Assembly (NCBI GenBank): GCA_021371855.1
Contig: JAJFVL010000046.1
Location: forward strand, 161,979-225,978
DNA length: 64,000 nucleotides
Direction of reading: 5' to 3'
Origin: Bacteroidales bacterium
GTDB lineage: Bacteria; Bacteroidota; Bacteroidia; Bacteroidales; VadinHA17
Position 1 is the stretch's first letter. Every line of letters begins with the position of its first letter. The translations under genes and the position numbers were made by a program. This document shows positions 1 to 8,601 of this stretch, in pieces. Under the pieces are notes generated by a model. It made no database searches and was not told the origin of the DNA. It saw only the letters and a list, made by a program, of their open reading frames with translations.

Positions 1-118
1 GAAAAAGCAGCTTGATGAATCAGGATTCAATGCTGAAATTGCATACGATGAGTATGTTGGGAATGATATCTATGAACTATTTAAGAGGACATTTAATTCT
101 GCTGTGACAGATTTTTAA
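1..118 (+). pseudogene. Decayed or truncated OmpR-type receiver-domain fragment, paralogous to the response regulator at 4168..4857
   Basis: Frame 2 reads KKQLDESGFNAEIAYDEYVGN... and stops at TAA 116..118. Nt 2..63 match nt 4225..4286 of the intact regulator at 56 of 62 positions by eye. After that the alignment needs indels, and the frame ends well short of a full receiver domain. The 5' part lies outside the window. Confidence 0.5.
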
Positions 119-140
119 TAATAACCTTAAAAGGACAGAT

Positions 141-1592
141 ATGTTTATTTTAATGATTATCATTTTTATTCTTGGGTACCTTGCCATAGCTCTTGAACAT
201 CCTCTTAAAGTAGACAAAGCAGTTTCTGCACTCGCAATCGGTACTTTATGCTGGGTTGTATATATGTGCGGATTATTTGATATCCTCACTCAAGGATCTA
301 GCCCGCAGTTTTCGGAATATATTGGCAACAAGGAAATGCTTGAAAATGGAGACGATATCAATTCATTTTTGAATGGGCTCCGGTCACTTGAAGGAGCTGA
401 AAGGGCCGGATGGTTGAAAGAAATGAGAGAATGGATTGTGGATAATCAGATCATTTCACACCTCGGGGAAATATCTGAAATACTTTTTTTCCTTTTAGGT
501 GCAATGGCTATAGTTGAAGTTATTGATCAACACGAGGGATTCAGGGTAATAACAGACAGAATAAAGACAACCAATAAAGTTAAACTATTATGGATTATCA
601 GTATCCTGACATTTTTTTTGTCGGCTGTTCTCGATAATCTTACCACAACAATTGTTATGGTAGCACTGATAGGGAAATTAATTTCCGAGAAGCGAACGAA
701 ATGGTTTTTTGCCAGTATAATAGTGCTGGCTGCAAATGCCGGGGGCGCATGGTCGCCTATAGGAGATGTAACTACCATAATGCTATGGATCGGAGGCCAG
801 GTTACAAGCGGAGCGATTATTTCGCGGGTTTTCCTGCCGAGCGTTGCCGCAATTATAATACCTTTGGCAATTCTTAGTTTTTTCATGAAAGGTTCAGTTA
901 AACGCCCTGCTCACGAAGAACATGAAAAGCAACTTACCACAAAATCCGAACAAAAAATTATTCTTTTTCTTGGTGTGGGAGGGCTCCTTTTCGTTCCTGT
1001 TTTTAAAACAATAACCCACCTTCCTCCATATATGGGTATGCTTCTAAGCCTTTCTGTAATCTGGCTCGTTACTGAAATAATGCACAGGAATAAAGATCAT
1101 GAAGTCAAGGCAAAACTTAAATTAATTTATATCCTGAAAAGAGTGGAACTCCCAACTGTTCTCTTTTTCCTTGGAATACTTAGTGCAGTAGCTGCACTTC
1201 AGTCAGCAGGTCAGCTTAATATAATGGCTAATTATCTTAATGATAATCTGAATAATGTATATCTGATTAACATTGCAATCGGATTGGCTTCTGCAATAGT
1301 TGATAATGTTCCGCTTGTCGCTGGTGCCATGGGGATGTACCCTGTTGAAGCAGCAGGGACTATCGGTTTTGCTGCCAACTTTGTTCAGGATGGTATCTTC
1401 TGGGAGTTTCTTGCTTATACGGCCGGAACCGGGGGCAGCGTGTTAATAATAGGATCAGCTGCGGGTGTTGCAGCAATGGGTATTGAGAAGATCGACTTCA
1501 TTTGGTACCTGAAACACATTTCTTTACTGGCTCTTTCAGGATATTTTGCCGGAGCAGGAGTATATTATATTCAGACTCTTCTTTTGACATAA
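141..1592 (+). CDS. nhaD: Na+/H+ antiporter, NhaD / ArsB-NhaD permease superfamily
   Basis: 483-aa polytopic membrane protein. It carries the FFLSAVLDNLTTTIVM motif and a second VDNVPLVAGAMG repeat typical of NhaD-type antiporters. Confidence 0.7.
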   Translation: MFILMIIIFILGYLAIALEHPLKVDKAVSALAIGTLCWVVYMCGLFDILTQGSSPQFSEYIGNKEMLENGDDINSFLNGLRSLEGAERAGWLKEMREWIVDNQIISHLGEISEILFFLLGAMAIVEVIDQHEGFRVITDRIKTTNKVKLLWIISILTFFLSAVLDNLTTTIVMVALIGKLISEKRTKWFFASIIVLAANAGGAWSPIGDVTTIMLWIGGQVTSGAIISRVFLPSVAAIIIPLAILSFFMKGSVKRPAHEEHEKQLTTKSEQKIILFLGVGGLLFVPVFKTITHLPPYMGMLLSLSVIWLVTEIMHRNKDHEVKAKLKLIYILKRVELPTVLFFLGILSAVAALQSAGQLNIMANYLNDNLNNVYLINIAIGLASAIVDNVPLVAGAMGMYPVEAAGTIGFAANFVQDGIFWEFLAYTAGTGGSVLIIGSAAGVAAMGIEKIDFIWYLKHISLLALSGYFAGAGVYYIQTLLLT

Positions 1593-1602
1593 ACAGGTTG
1601 CA

Positions 1603-3429
1603 ATGTGTCCTGATAGAAAAATGTTAAAACTTCGGGAACGACTTTTTAAAAGGCTGTTCCTTATTGAAGATGTGTACAAATCATGTATTATCTGGATTAA
1701 TCGATTTTGTCATTTTTGTCTTTATGTAACTCTGTCATTATCCATCACAGCTTTAATATTTTATTTTGGTTTTAGTATTTCTGAAGAAAATTCAGCTACA
1801 CTGAAATCAACATTGAGGATATTGTTCTTTATACTGTTCTTTTCAAAGTTTCTACCTGAGATATTACATATAAAAAAGAAGGCCGTTTTTTCGACGGTTA
1901 TGGTGATCCTATTGTTCCTGTTTTCATTTGGAGTATTTCTTGCCAATTCACATATTGCGAATAGCGAAAATACTCCTTGGTCTTTATTCTATGGTAATAC
2001 CCAGATCATTATAGCAATCATTCTTGTTGCTATTCCTGAAATATCAGGATTGTTCAGGATAATTGATGTTATTAGAATTTCTCCTGCTTTAATTTTTTCA
2101 ACAAGTTTTTTTGTAATAATAATAATTGGTTCTGGTATGCTAATGCTCCCTAATGCACATACTGTGCCTTTGTCCTTTCTTGATTCTTTGTTCACATCAG
2201 TCAGTTCTGTATGTGTTACGGGCCTTACAGTTGTTAACACATCAACTGCATTTACAACTCTTGGAAAAATAATCATCCTTTGCCTTATTCAAATTGGGGG
2301 GCTTGGTATAATGACATTTACAGGATTATTCAGTTATATCTTTACTTCAAGTTCGTCTTTTCGAGAAAGATTTCTTCTCAGAGAGATCTTTTCATCCCAA
2401 TCATTTGACAACCTTTTTAAGATACTTACAAAAATTATTTTGTTAACTTTTCTAACTGAAACTGTTGGAGCATTAATTATTTACAGTAGTCTTAATGAAG
2501 TTTCCACGAATAAGATTTTATTTTCAATATTCCATTCTGTATCCGCTTTTTGTAATGCAGGTTTTTCAACATTACAGGATGGTTTGTATTCTGCCAGTAT
2601 CAGATATAATTCAGGAGTACAGATTTCAGTTGCATTACTGGTTGTTCTCGGAGGAATAGGATTTCCTGTTCTCCTAAATCTTTATTTATATTTTAAACAC
2701 CTGTTTTCTGTTCTGCCAAGTATGATTAAGAGGAGACCGTTTTCTGTCGCTTTTATTCAGAAAAATATTTCCGATAGGATAGTATTGGTAATGACTATTA
2801 TTTTAATACTTGCCGGTATGGGATTATATTATCTCTTCGAAAATGATAATAGTATACAGGGATTAAATGATTCTCAAAAGCTTATGGTTTCATTTTTCGG
2901 AAGTATCAGCGCCAGAACTGCAGGTTTTAATATTGTTGATATTTCTCAATGGAGCTATGCAACAATATTTATTATGATTTTTCTTATGTGGATCGGGGCA
3001 TCACCAGGATCGACAGGAGGTGGCATAAAAACAACAACATTTGCAATTGCTTTCCGTTCAGCATTGAACAGTATAAGAGGCCGGCAACACTTTGTTATAG
3101 GGAACAGGGAGATTGGCCATAATACTATAAGCAGAGTATTATCAATTATCTTTCTTTCAATATTGATAATAACAGTGGGTTTTTTTTGCCTTCTGATATC
3201 AGAAAATGAGAAAAATCCGGTATATCTGTTGTTTGAATGTGTTTCAGCATTCAGCACAGTAGGGCTAAGCATAGCTGATACTTCCTCATTTACAGATTCA
3301 GGAAAAATTGTAGTTATGCTATTAATGTTTATTGGCAGGGTAGGTCCTCTGACGCTACTTACAGGTCTGTTGATATCTTCCCGGAAGAAATATTCAAGAT
3401 ATCCTGAGACTGAAATTAGTATTAACTAA
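1603..3429 (+). CDS. trkH: TrkH/KtrB-family K+ transporter membrane subunit
   Basis: 608-aa multi-pass protein with repeated pore-loop signatures (SVCVTGLT, FCNAGFS, ARTAGFN, PGSTGGGIKTTTF, AFSTVGLS). The true start may be an internal Met. Confidence 0.8.
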   Translation: MCPDRKMLKLRERLFKRLFLIEDVYKSCIIWINRFCHFCLYVTLSLSITALIFYFGFSISEENSATLKSTLRILFFILFFSKFLPEILHIKKKAVFSTVMVILLFLFSFGVFLANSHIANSENTPWSLFYGNTQIIIAIILVAIPEISGLFRIIDVIRISPALIFSTSFFVIIIIGSGMLMLPNAHTVPLSFLDSLFTSVSSVCVTGLTVVNTSTAFTTLGKIIILCLIQIGGLGIMTFTGLFSYIFTSSSSFRERFLLREIFSSQSFDNLFKILTKIILLTFLTETVGALIIYSSLNEVSTNKILFSIFHSVSAFCNAGFSTLQDGLYSASIRYNSGVQISVALLVVLGGIGFPVLLNLYLYFKHLFSVLPSMIKRRPFSVAFIQKNISDRIVLVMTIILILAGMGLYYLFENDNSIQGLNDSQKLMVSFFGSISARTAGFNIVDISQWSYATIFIMIFLMWIGASPGSTGGGIKTTTFAIAFRSALNSIRGRQHFVIGNREIGHNTISRVLSIIFLSILIITVGFFCLLISENEKNPVYLLFECVSAFSTVGLSIADTSSFTDSGKIVVMLLMFIGRVGPLTLLTGLLISSRKKYSRYPETEISIN

Positions 3430-3447
3430 ATGTAAACAGTTGATAAT

Positions 3448-4131
3448 ATGAAATATATTGTAATCGGACTTGGCTATTTCGGAGCAAAACTGGCTTCGAT
3501 CCTTACGAGCATGGGACACGAAGTTATCGGAATCGATAACAATTACGAAAGAATCGATGAATCAAAAGACTCTATTGCTACTGTAATGAAAATGGATTCG
3601 ACCAACATTAATGCCATGAAATCACTTCCATTACATGATGTTGATGCTGTAATAGTAGCCATTGGAAAAGATGTCGGATCGTCAATCCTGACATTATCTA
3701 TACTTAGGAATCTTAATGTAAAAAGAATTATAGGAAGAGCCGTTAACCAGATACACAAGGACATTTTAAACCAGATTGGAATTGAAGAGATTGTCCTGCC
3801 TCTTGAGGATTCGGCTTTACATGTTTCCTCAATGCTCCAACTCAAAAACACAATGCGGATAATCGAAATCAGTGATGATTATGCTATTGTGGAGGTGCTT
3901 GTTCCTTCTAAGTATGTTGAGCATTCCCTTCAGACTATTGATATTGAAAACAGATTTGATATTAAGCTGGTAGCTGTTAAGATCCCTCCTAAAGAGGGTG
4001 TAATAACTTCCATCTTCAAAAGAGAATACAAAGTTGATTTATCATACAATGTCACATTTCTCCTAAGGAAAGAATATATCCTTGTTTTGGCAGGTAAGAT
4101 TGTTAATATAAAAAAATTTATTGAAAGCTAA
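3448..4131 (+). CDS. trkA: TrkA/KtrA RCK-domain K+ uptake regulatory subunit
   Basis: N-terminal Rossmann GxGxxG (IVIGLGYFGAKLA) followed by a TrkA-C-like C-terminal half. It lies directly downstream of trkH. Confidence 0.8.
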   Translation: MKYIVIGLGYFGAKLASILTSMGHEVIGIDNNYERIDESKDSIATVMKMDSTNINAMKSLPLHDVDAVIVAIGKDVGSSILTLSILRNLNVKRIIGRAVNQIHKDILNQIGIEEIVLPLEDSALHVSSMLQLKNTMRIIEISDDYAIVEVLVPSKYVEHSLQTIDIENRFDIKLVAVKIPPKEGVITSIFKREYKVDLSYNVTFLLRKEYILVLAGKIVNIKKFIES

Positions 4132-4167
4132 AGCTATAAAAAAATTTGCACAAAAAAGACGACTATA

Positions 4168-4857
4168 ATGGATAGCATTAATATATTAATCGTTGAGGAT
4201 GAGCAACGGCTTGCTGATATCTTAAAAAAGCAGTTGAATGAATCAGGGTTCAATGCTGAAATTGCATACGATGGGTATGTGGGGAAACAGTTAGCCGAAA
4301 AGAATATCTATAATCTCATCATTTTAGACATAAATTTACCATTGCTTAATGGTTATGATTTATGTAAAGAGATACGGAAGACCAATAGTAACATCCCGAT
4401 TATTATGCTCACTGCTTTTAGTACTCCTGATAACAAAATAGCAGGATTCGATGCAGGAGCTGATGACTATGTTGTGAAACCGGTCGATTTCAGAGAACTC
4501 CTGGCGCGAATAAATGTATTCATTAAACGATCGAATTCGAACATATTAAACAGGAAAATTTGTATCTCAGATCTGGAAATGGATCTGGACACCAAAACCG
4601 TTACACGGGCGAATAAAAAAATTGATCTGACGGCAAAAGAATCCTTATTACTAGAGACTTTCCTGAAAAACAAAGGGAAACTACTTACCCGTGAATTTAT
4701 TATTGAACAGGTTTGGGGAATCGAATTTGATCCAAGCACTAACATTATTGATGTATATGTAAATTATCTCCGGAAAAAAATAGATAAAGATTTTGAGCCC
4801 AAATTGATACATACAAAATTTGGATTTGGGTTTTATTGTAATGAAACAGAAATATAA
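4168..4857 (+). CDS. OmpR/PhoB-family response regulator (receiver plus winged-helix)
   Basis: Receiver motifs ILIVEDE, LIILDINLP and AGADDYVVKP. C-terminal trans_reg_C signature LTAKESLLLETFLKNKGKLLTRE...VYVNYLRKKID. Confidence 0.9.
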   Translation: MDSINILIVEDEQRLADILKKQLNESGFNAEIAYDGYVGKQLAEKNIYNLIILDINLPLLNGYDLCKEIRKTNSNIPIIMLTAFSTPDNKIAGFDAGADDYVVKPVDFRELLARINVFIKRSNSNILNRKICISDLEMDLDTKTVTRANKKIDLTAKESLLLETFLKNKGKLLTREFIIEQVWGIEFDPSTNIIDVYVNYLRKKIDKDFEPKLIHTKFGFGFYCNETEI

Positions 4858-4860
4858 GAG

Positions 4861-6213
4861 ATGAATATTAAGATTCGGTTATCATTTCAATTTACTCTGA
4901 TTGTCATAGGAATTTTATTGTTTTTTTCAATACTAGTGTACTATTTTTCATATGCCAGTCAGCTTGGTAAATTCAGGGAAAACCTTCTTGATAGCGCGAA
5001 AAATTCAGCTATTTTATTGATTAATGTTGAGGAGGTTGATTCAACTTTATTAAAAAAGATCCACCAATCTACCATTTCCCTTGAAAATGAAGAGATAGCA
5101 TTAACTGACTCTGCATATAATATGATTTACAGCAACAATATTCAATATCTTTCAGACAAAACTATTCTGACGGATTTTACCAGTACCGATTTAAAATATT
5201 TTTCTATTGCAGATAAAGATGGCGTTTACTACAAGCATTTCTTTAAAAATCGTGCCTATAACGTATTTGTCATGGCATTTGATAAATCGCGTGAAGAGAA
5301 TCTGTCTGAACTTAAGAGAATTCTTTTCTGGAGTATCCTTTTCAGCACCTGGTTATCTGTATTGTTATCATATTTCTTCTCAAAAAAAGCTATTAAACCG
5401 ATTTCAAAAATTATTAAAAGCGTTAAAGAGATAAATTCTTTGAAGCTTGGCACCCGGCTTGATGAAGGAGATAAAAAAGATGAGATCGCCCAATTGTCAA
5501 TAACATTTAATGAAATGCTTTCCAATCTGGAAGTTGCATTTAAAAATCAGGAAGACTTTGTGTCGAACGCTTCCCATGAATTACGTACGCCGCTGTCAGT
5601 AATGATTAGTGAGAGCGATTATTTATTAAGTCGTAGTCGTAAGGAAGAAGAATATATTGAACATATTTCAGCAATAGTAAACGACCTTAAAAAACTTAAT
5701 GCACTCATCAACAGTCTGCTGGAATTAGCTCAGGTCAACAGGGATATAGACATCCCATTTTCAACTGTCCGTATTGATGAAACAGTTTTCAGTGCAATCA
5801 ACCAGGTGCAGGCTAAATATCCCGGACGCAAAATAATATCAAAAATACAATATCCTGATAATGAGAACGATCTGCTTGTTAATGGAAATTCCGGACTTCT
5901 TGTGATTGCATTTAAAAACCTGTTCGATAATGCATGTAAATTCTCTGATGATGATATTACAACAGAATTTATTTTTATGGATAATTACATAAAAATCAAT
6001 ATTTCAGATAAAGGTGTTGGTATACCTTCAACCGAGATAAACAATATTTTTAAGCCCTTTACAAGGGCATCAAATGTGAAGTTCAAGAGCGGATTTGGTA
6101 TCGGACTTGCCTTAGTGTCAAAAATAATAGAACTACATGATGCAACTTTAAAAGTTTTTAGTGCTGAGAACCAGGGAACCCGGTTTGAAATTGCATTTAA
6201 AAAATTGGAATAA
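4861..6213 (+). CDS. Sensor histidine kinase (2 TM, HAMP, HisKA, HATPase_c)
   Basis: H-box FVSNASHELRTPL, N-box FKNLFDNACKF, G-boxes DKGVGI and GFGIGLALV. It starts 4 nt after the regulator stop. Confidence 0.9.
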   Translation: MNIKIRLSFQFTLIVIGILLFFSILVYYFSYASQLGKFRENLLDSAKNSAILLINVEEVDSTLLKKIHQSTISLENEEIALTDSAYNMIYSNNIQYLSDKTILTDFTSTDLKYFSIADKDGVYYKHFFKNRAYNVFVMAFDKSREENLSELKRILFWSILFSTWLSVLLSYFFSKKAIKPISKIIKSVKEINSLKLGTRLDEGDKKDEIAQLSITFNEMLSNLEVAFKNQEDFVSNASHELRTPLSVMISESDYLLSRSRKEEEYIEHISAIVNDLKKLNALINSLLELAQVNRDIDIPFSTVRIDETVFSAINQVQAKYPGRKIISKIQYPDNENDLLVNGNSGLLVIAFKNLFDNACKFSDDDITTEFIFMDNYIKINISDKGVGIPSTEINNIFKPFTRASNVKFKSGFGIGLALVSKIIELHDATLKVFSAENQGTRFEIAFKKLE

Positions 6214-6244
6214 GGTAATTGCTACTGTATTGATAATGGATACA

Positions 6245-6694
6245 TCATTTTGTTTCATTAACCTCTAACATATCATATAATAAACCGGTCGTATCACTTA
6301 CAACACTCCGGCAAATAATCTTGTGATGTTTCCGTTGTATAATATCTGTTTCAGTAACATGCTTTTTCAATAATTCCGCACAATTACTTGTGCCATAAAT
6401 ATTTTCAACCGCTTGTGTTAAGTCACGAACCTTTTTATATGCAGCCAGCTTGGTTTCCATATCGCCAGGATTTAGATTACCAAAAGCCAGGCCAAGAACC
6501 ATATATGATCCGGTCAATGCGCCACATTTCTGACGCAATCTCCCCATTCCCGCTCCAAAAGTTGATGATATGCGTTTGGCTGTTTCTTCATCCAGATTAT
6601 ATCTGTCTGCAAAAGCAAGTAAAACAGATTGAGCACAAGCATAACCTTCATCAAATAAAGATAAAGCCTTATAGATAGTTTCCTGTCTGGTCAT
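6245..6694 (-). CDS. C_GCAxxG_C_C family protein (putative redox-active, function unknown)
   Basis: 149 aa with the four family cysteines in context: YACAQSVLLAF, KCGALTG, SNCAELL, IICRSV. Confidence 0.7.
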   Translation of the reverse strand: MTRQETIYKALSLFDEGYACAQSVLLAFADRYNLDEETAKRISSTFGAGMGRLRQKCGALTGSYMVLGLAFGNLNPGDMETKLAAYKKVRDLTQAVENIYGTSNCAELLKKHVTETDIIQRKHHKIICRSVVSDTTGLLYDMLEVNETK

Positions 6695-6767
6695 TGATCT
6701 TAATTAAATTTAAAATGGAAGGATCGATATCGAATCTGTCAATCCTTCCATAAGTAAAATATTAGTT

Positions 6768-7760
6768 TCAGGCTTGTGAAACAGCAACGGCCACAGCAAC
6801 CGATGCACCAACCATCGGGTTGTTTCCCATGCCAATTAAACCCATCATTTCAACATGTGCAGGAACTGATGATGATCCCGCAAACTGGGCATCTGAGTGC
6901 ATACGGCCCATTGTGTCAGTCATTCCATACGAAGCCGGACCTGCAGCCATGTTATCAGGATGTAAAGTACGACCGGTACCGCCACCGGAAGCAACAGAAA
7001 AATATTTTTTGCCCTGTTCCATGCATTCCTTTTTGTATGTACCGGCAACCGGATGTTGGAAACGTGTTGGATTGGTAGAATTACCCGTAATTGAAACATC
7101 AACACCTTCTCTATGCATAATTGCCACACCCTCACGAACATCATTAGCTCCATAGCAATTCACTTTTGCCTTGTCACCCTTTGAATAGGCAATGCGTTTA
7201 ACTTCTTTCAGTTCGCTTGTGTAATAATCAAAATCTGTTTGAACATATGTAAAACCATTGACGCGTGCAATAATTTTGGCTGCGTCTTTTCCCAGTCCGT
7301 TCAGTATTACCCGTAAAGGTTCTTTACGTACCCTGTTGGCCGATTTTGCAATTCCAATTGCACCTTCGGCAGCAGCGAACGATTCGTGCCCTGCAAGAAA
7401 AGCAAAACATTTGGTCTCTTCACGTAGTAGCATGGCAGCAAGGTTTCCGTGTCCTAAACCCACTTTACGATCGTCGGCAACCGAACCAGGGATGCAAAAT
7501 GCCTGTAATCCTTCGCCTAATGTTGCTGCAATGTCTGCAGCGTTAGTCTGGCCTTTTTTAATGGCGATGGCAGCACCCACTATATATGCCCACATGGCAT
7601 TTTCAAAAGCAATAGGCTGAATGTCTTTTACAATTTTATACACATCCACTCCTTTATTATCACATATTTTTTTGGCTTCTTCAACAGAAGAAATACCATA
7701 TGAATTAAGCACTTTGTTAATCTGGTTAATTCGTCTTTCGTAACTTTCAAATAATGGCAT
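6768..7760 (-). CDS. GGGtGRT family protein (function unknown)
   Basis: 330 aa containing the eponymous SGGGTGRTLHPDNMAAGPASYGMTD block. Confidence 0.75.
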   Translation of the reverse strand: MPLFESYERRINQINKVLNSYGISSVEEAKKICDNKGVDVYKIVKDIQPIAFENAMWAYIVGAAIAIKKGQTNAADIAATLGEGLQAFCIPGSVADDRKVGLGHGNLAAMLLREETKCFAFLAGHESFAAAEGAIGIAKSANRVRKEPLRVILNGLGKDAAKIIARVNGFTYVQTDFDYYTSELKEVKRIAYSKGDKAKVNCYGANDVREGVAIMHREGVDVSITGNSTNPTRFQHPVAGTYKKECMEQGKKYFSVASGGGTGRTLHPDNMAAGPASYGMTDTMGRMHSDAQFAGSSSVPAHVEMMGLIGMGNNPMVGASVAVAVAVSQA

Positions 7761-7772
7761 TATATATTCCTC

Positions 7773-8465
7773 CTATTCTTTACGTGGGTCAATAATTTTA
7801 ACTGCTTCATCAATACGGCCATATTTGCCGGAAGCTTTTGCGAGAGCTTCATTTGCATTTGTTCCCGCTTTAATCATATCCATCATGCGGCCAAGGTTTA
7901 CAAATTCGTAACCTATTATTTCATTGCCGGCATCAAGGCCGATTTTAGTAATATAACCTTCGGCCATTTCAAGATAACGGGGACCTTTGGCTACAGTTCC
8001 ATATAAGGTTCCTGTCACTCCGCGCAGGCCTTTGCCTAAATCTTCGAGACCTGCACCAACAGGTAATCCACCTTCAGAGAAAGCAGTCTGTGTACGACCA
8101 TAAACAATCTGCAGGAACAATTCACGCATAGCAGTATTAATAGCATCGCAAACAAGGTCAGTGTTCAATGCTTCAAGAATTGTTTTACCAGGAAGAATCT
8201 CAGCGGCCATTGCAGCTGAATGAGTCATTCCCGTACAACCAATGGTCTCGACCAACGCTTCCTGTATTATACCATCTTTTACATTCAGTGTTAACTTGCA
8301 GGCTCCCTGCTGAGGAGCACACCAGCCTATACCGTGTGTCAGACCGAAAATGTCTTTTATTTCTTTTGCCTTTACCCATTTACCTTCTTCGGGGATAGGA
8401 GCAGGACCATGATTTGCACCCTGAGCAACACAAATCATGCCTTCAACTTCGTGTGTAAAACTCAT
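7773..8465 (-). CDS. NifU/IscU N-terminal-like Fe-S scaffold-domain protein
   Basis: WCAPQQGACKLTLNVKDGIIQEA...ETIGCTGMTHSAAMAAEILPGKTILEA follows the three-Cys IscU/NifU-N pattern. It has an extra C-terminal region of about 100 aa. Confidence 0.6.
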   Translation of the reverse strand: MSFTHEVEGMICVAQGANHGPAPIPEEGKWVKAKEIKDIFGLTHGIGWCAPQQGACKLTLNVKDGIIQEALVETIGCTGMTHSAAMAAEILPGKTILEALNTDLVCDAINTAMRELFLQIVYGRTQTAFSEGGLPVGAGLEDLGKGLRGVTGTLYGTVAKGPRYLEMAEGYITKIGLDAGNEIIGYEFVNLGRMMDMIKAGTNANEALAKASGKYGRIDEAVKIIDPRKE

Positions 8466-8520
8466 ATTAGAATGTTTTAAATTTAAAAATCAGTAATAAA
8501 GATATTTTTTCAAAAATACC

Positions 8521-8553
8521 AAAAAAAGAGAGGTACGTCATAACGTACCCCTC
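8521..8553 (-). terminator. Rho-independent terminator downstream of the pyrophosphatase gene
   Basis: On the minus strand: GAGGGGTACGT-TATG-ACGTACCTCTC (11-bp stem with 1 mismatch) followed by TTTTTTT. Confidence 0.7.
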
Positions 8554-8601
8554 AATATTATTTATGTTTTCGAACCTCACCCTAAATAAGGTGATCAGCT
8601 G

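Noticed and set aside
5207-5434. 75-aa same-strand nested ORF inside the histidine kinase gene
   Set aside because: It is an out-of-frame ORF within a confidently called gene, and it has no independent start signals.
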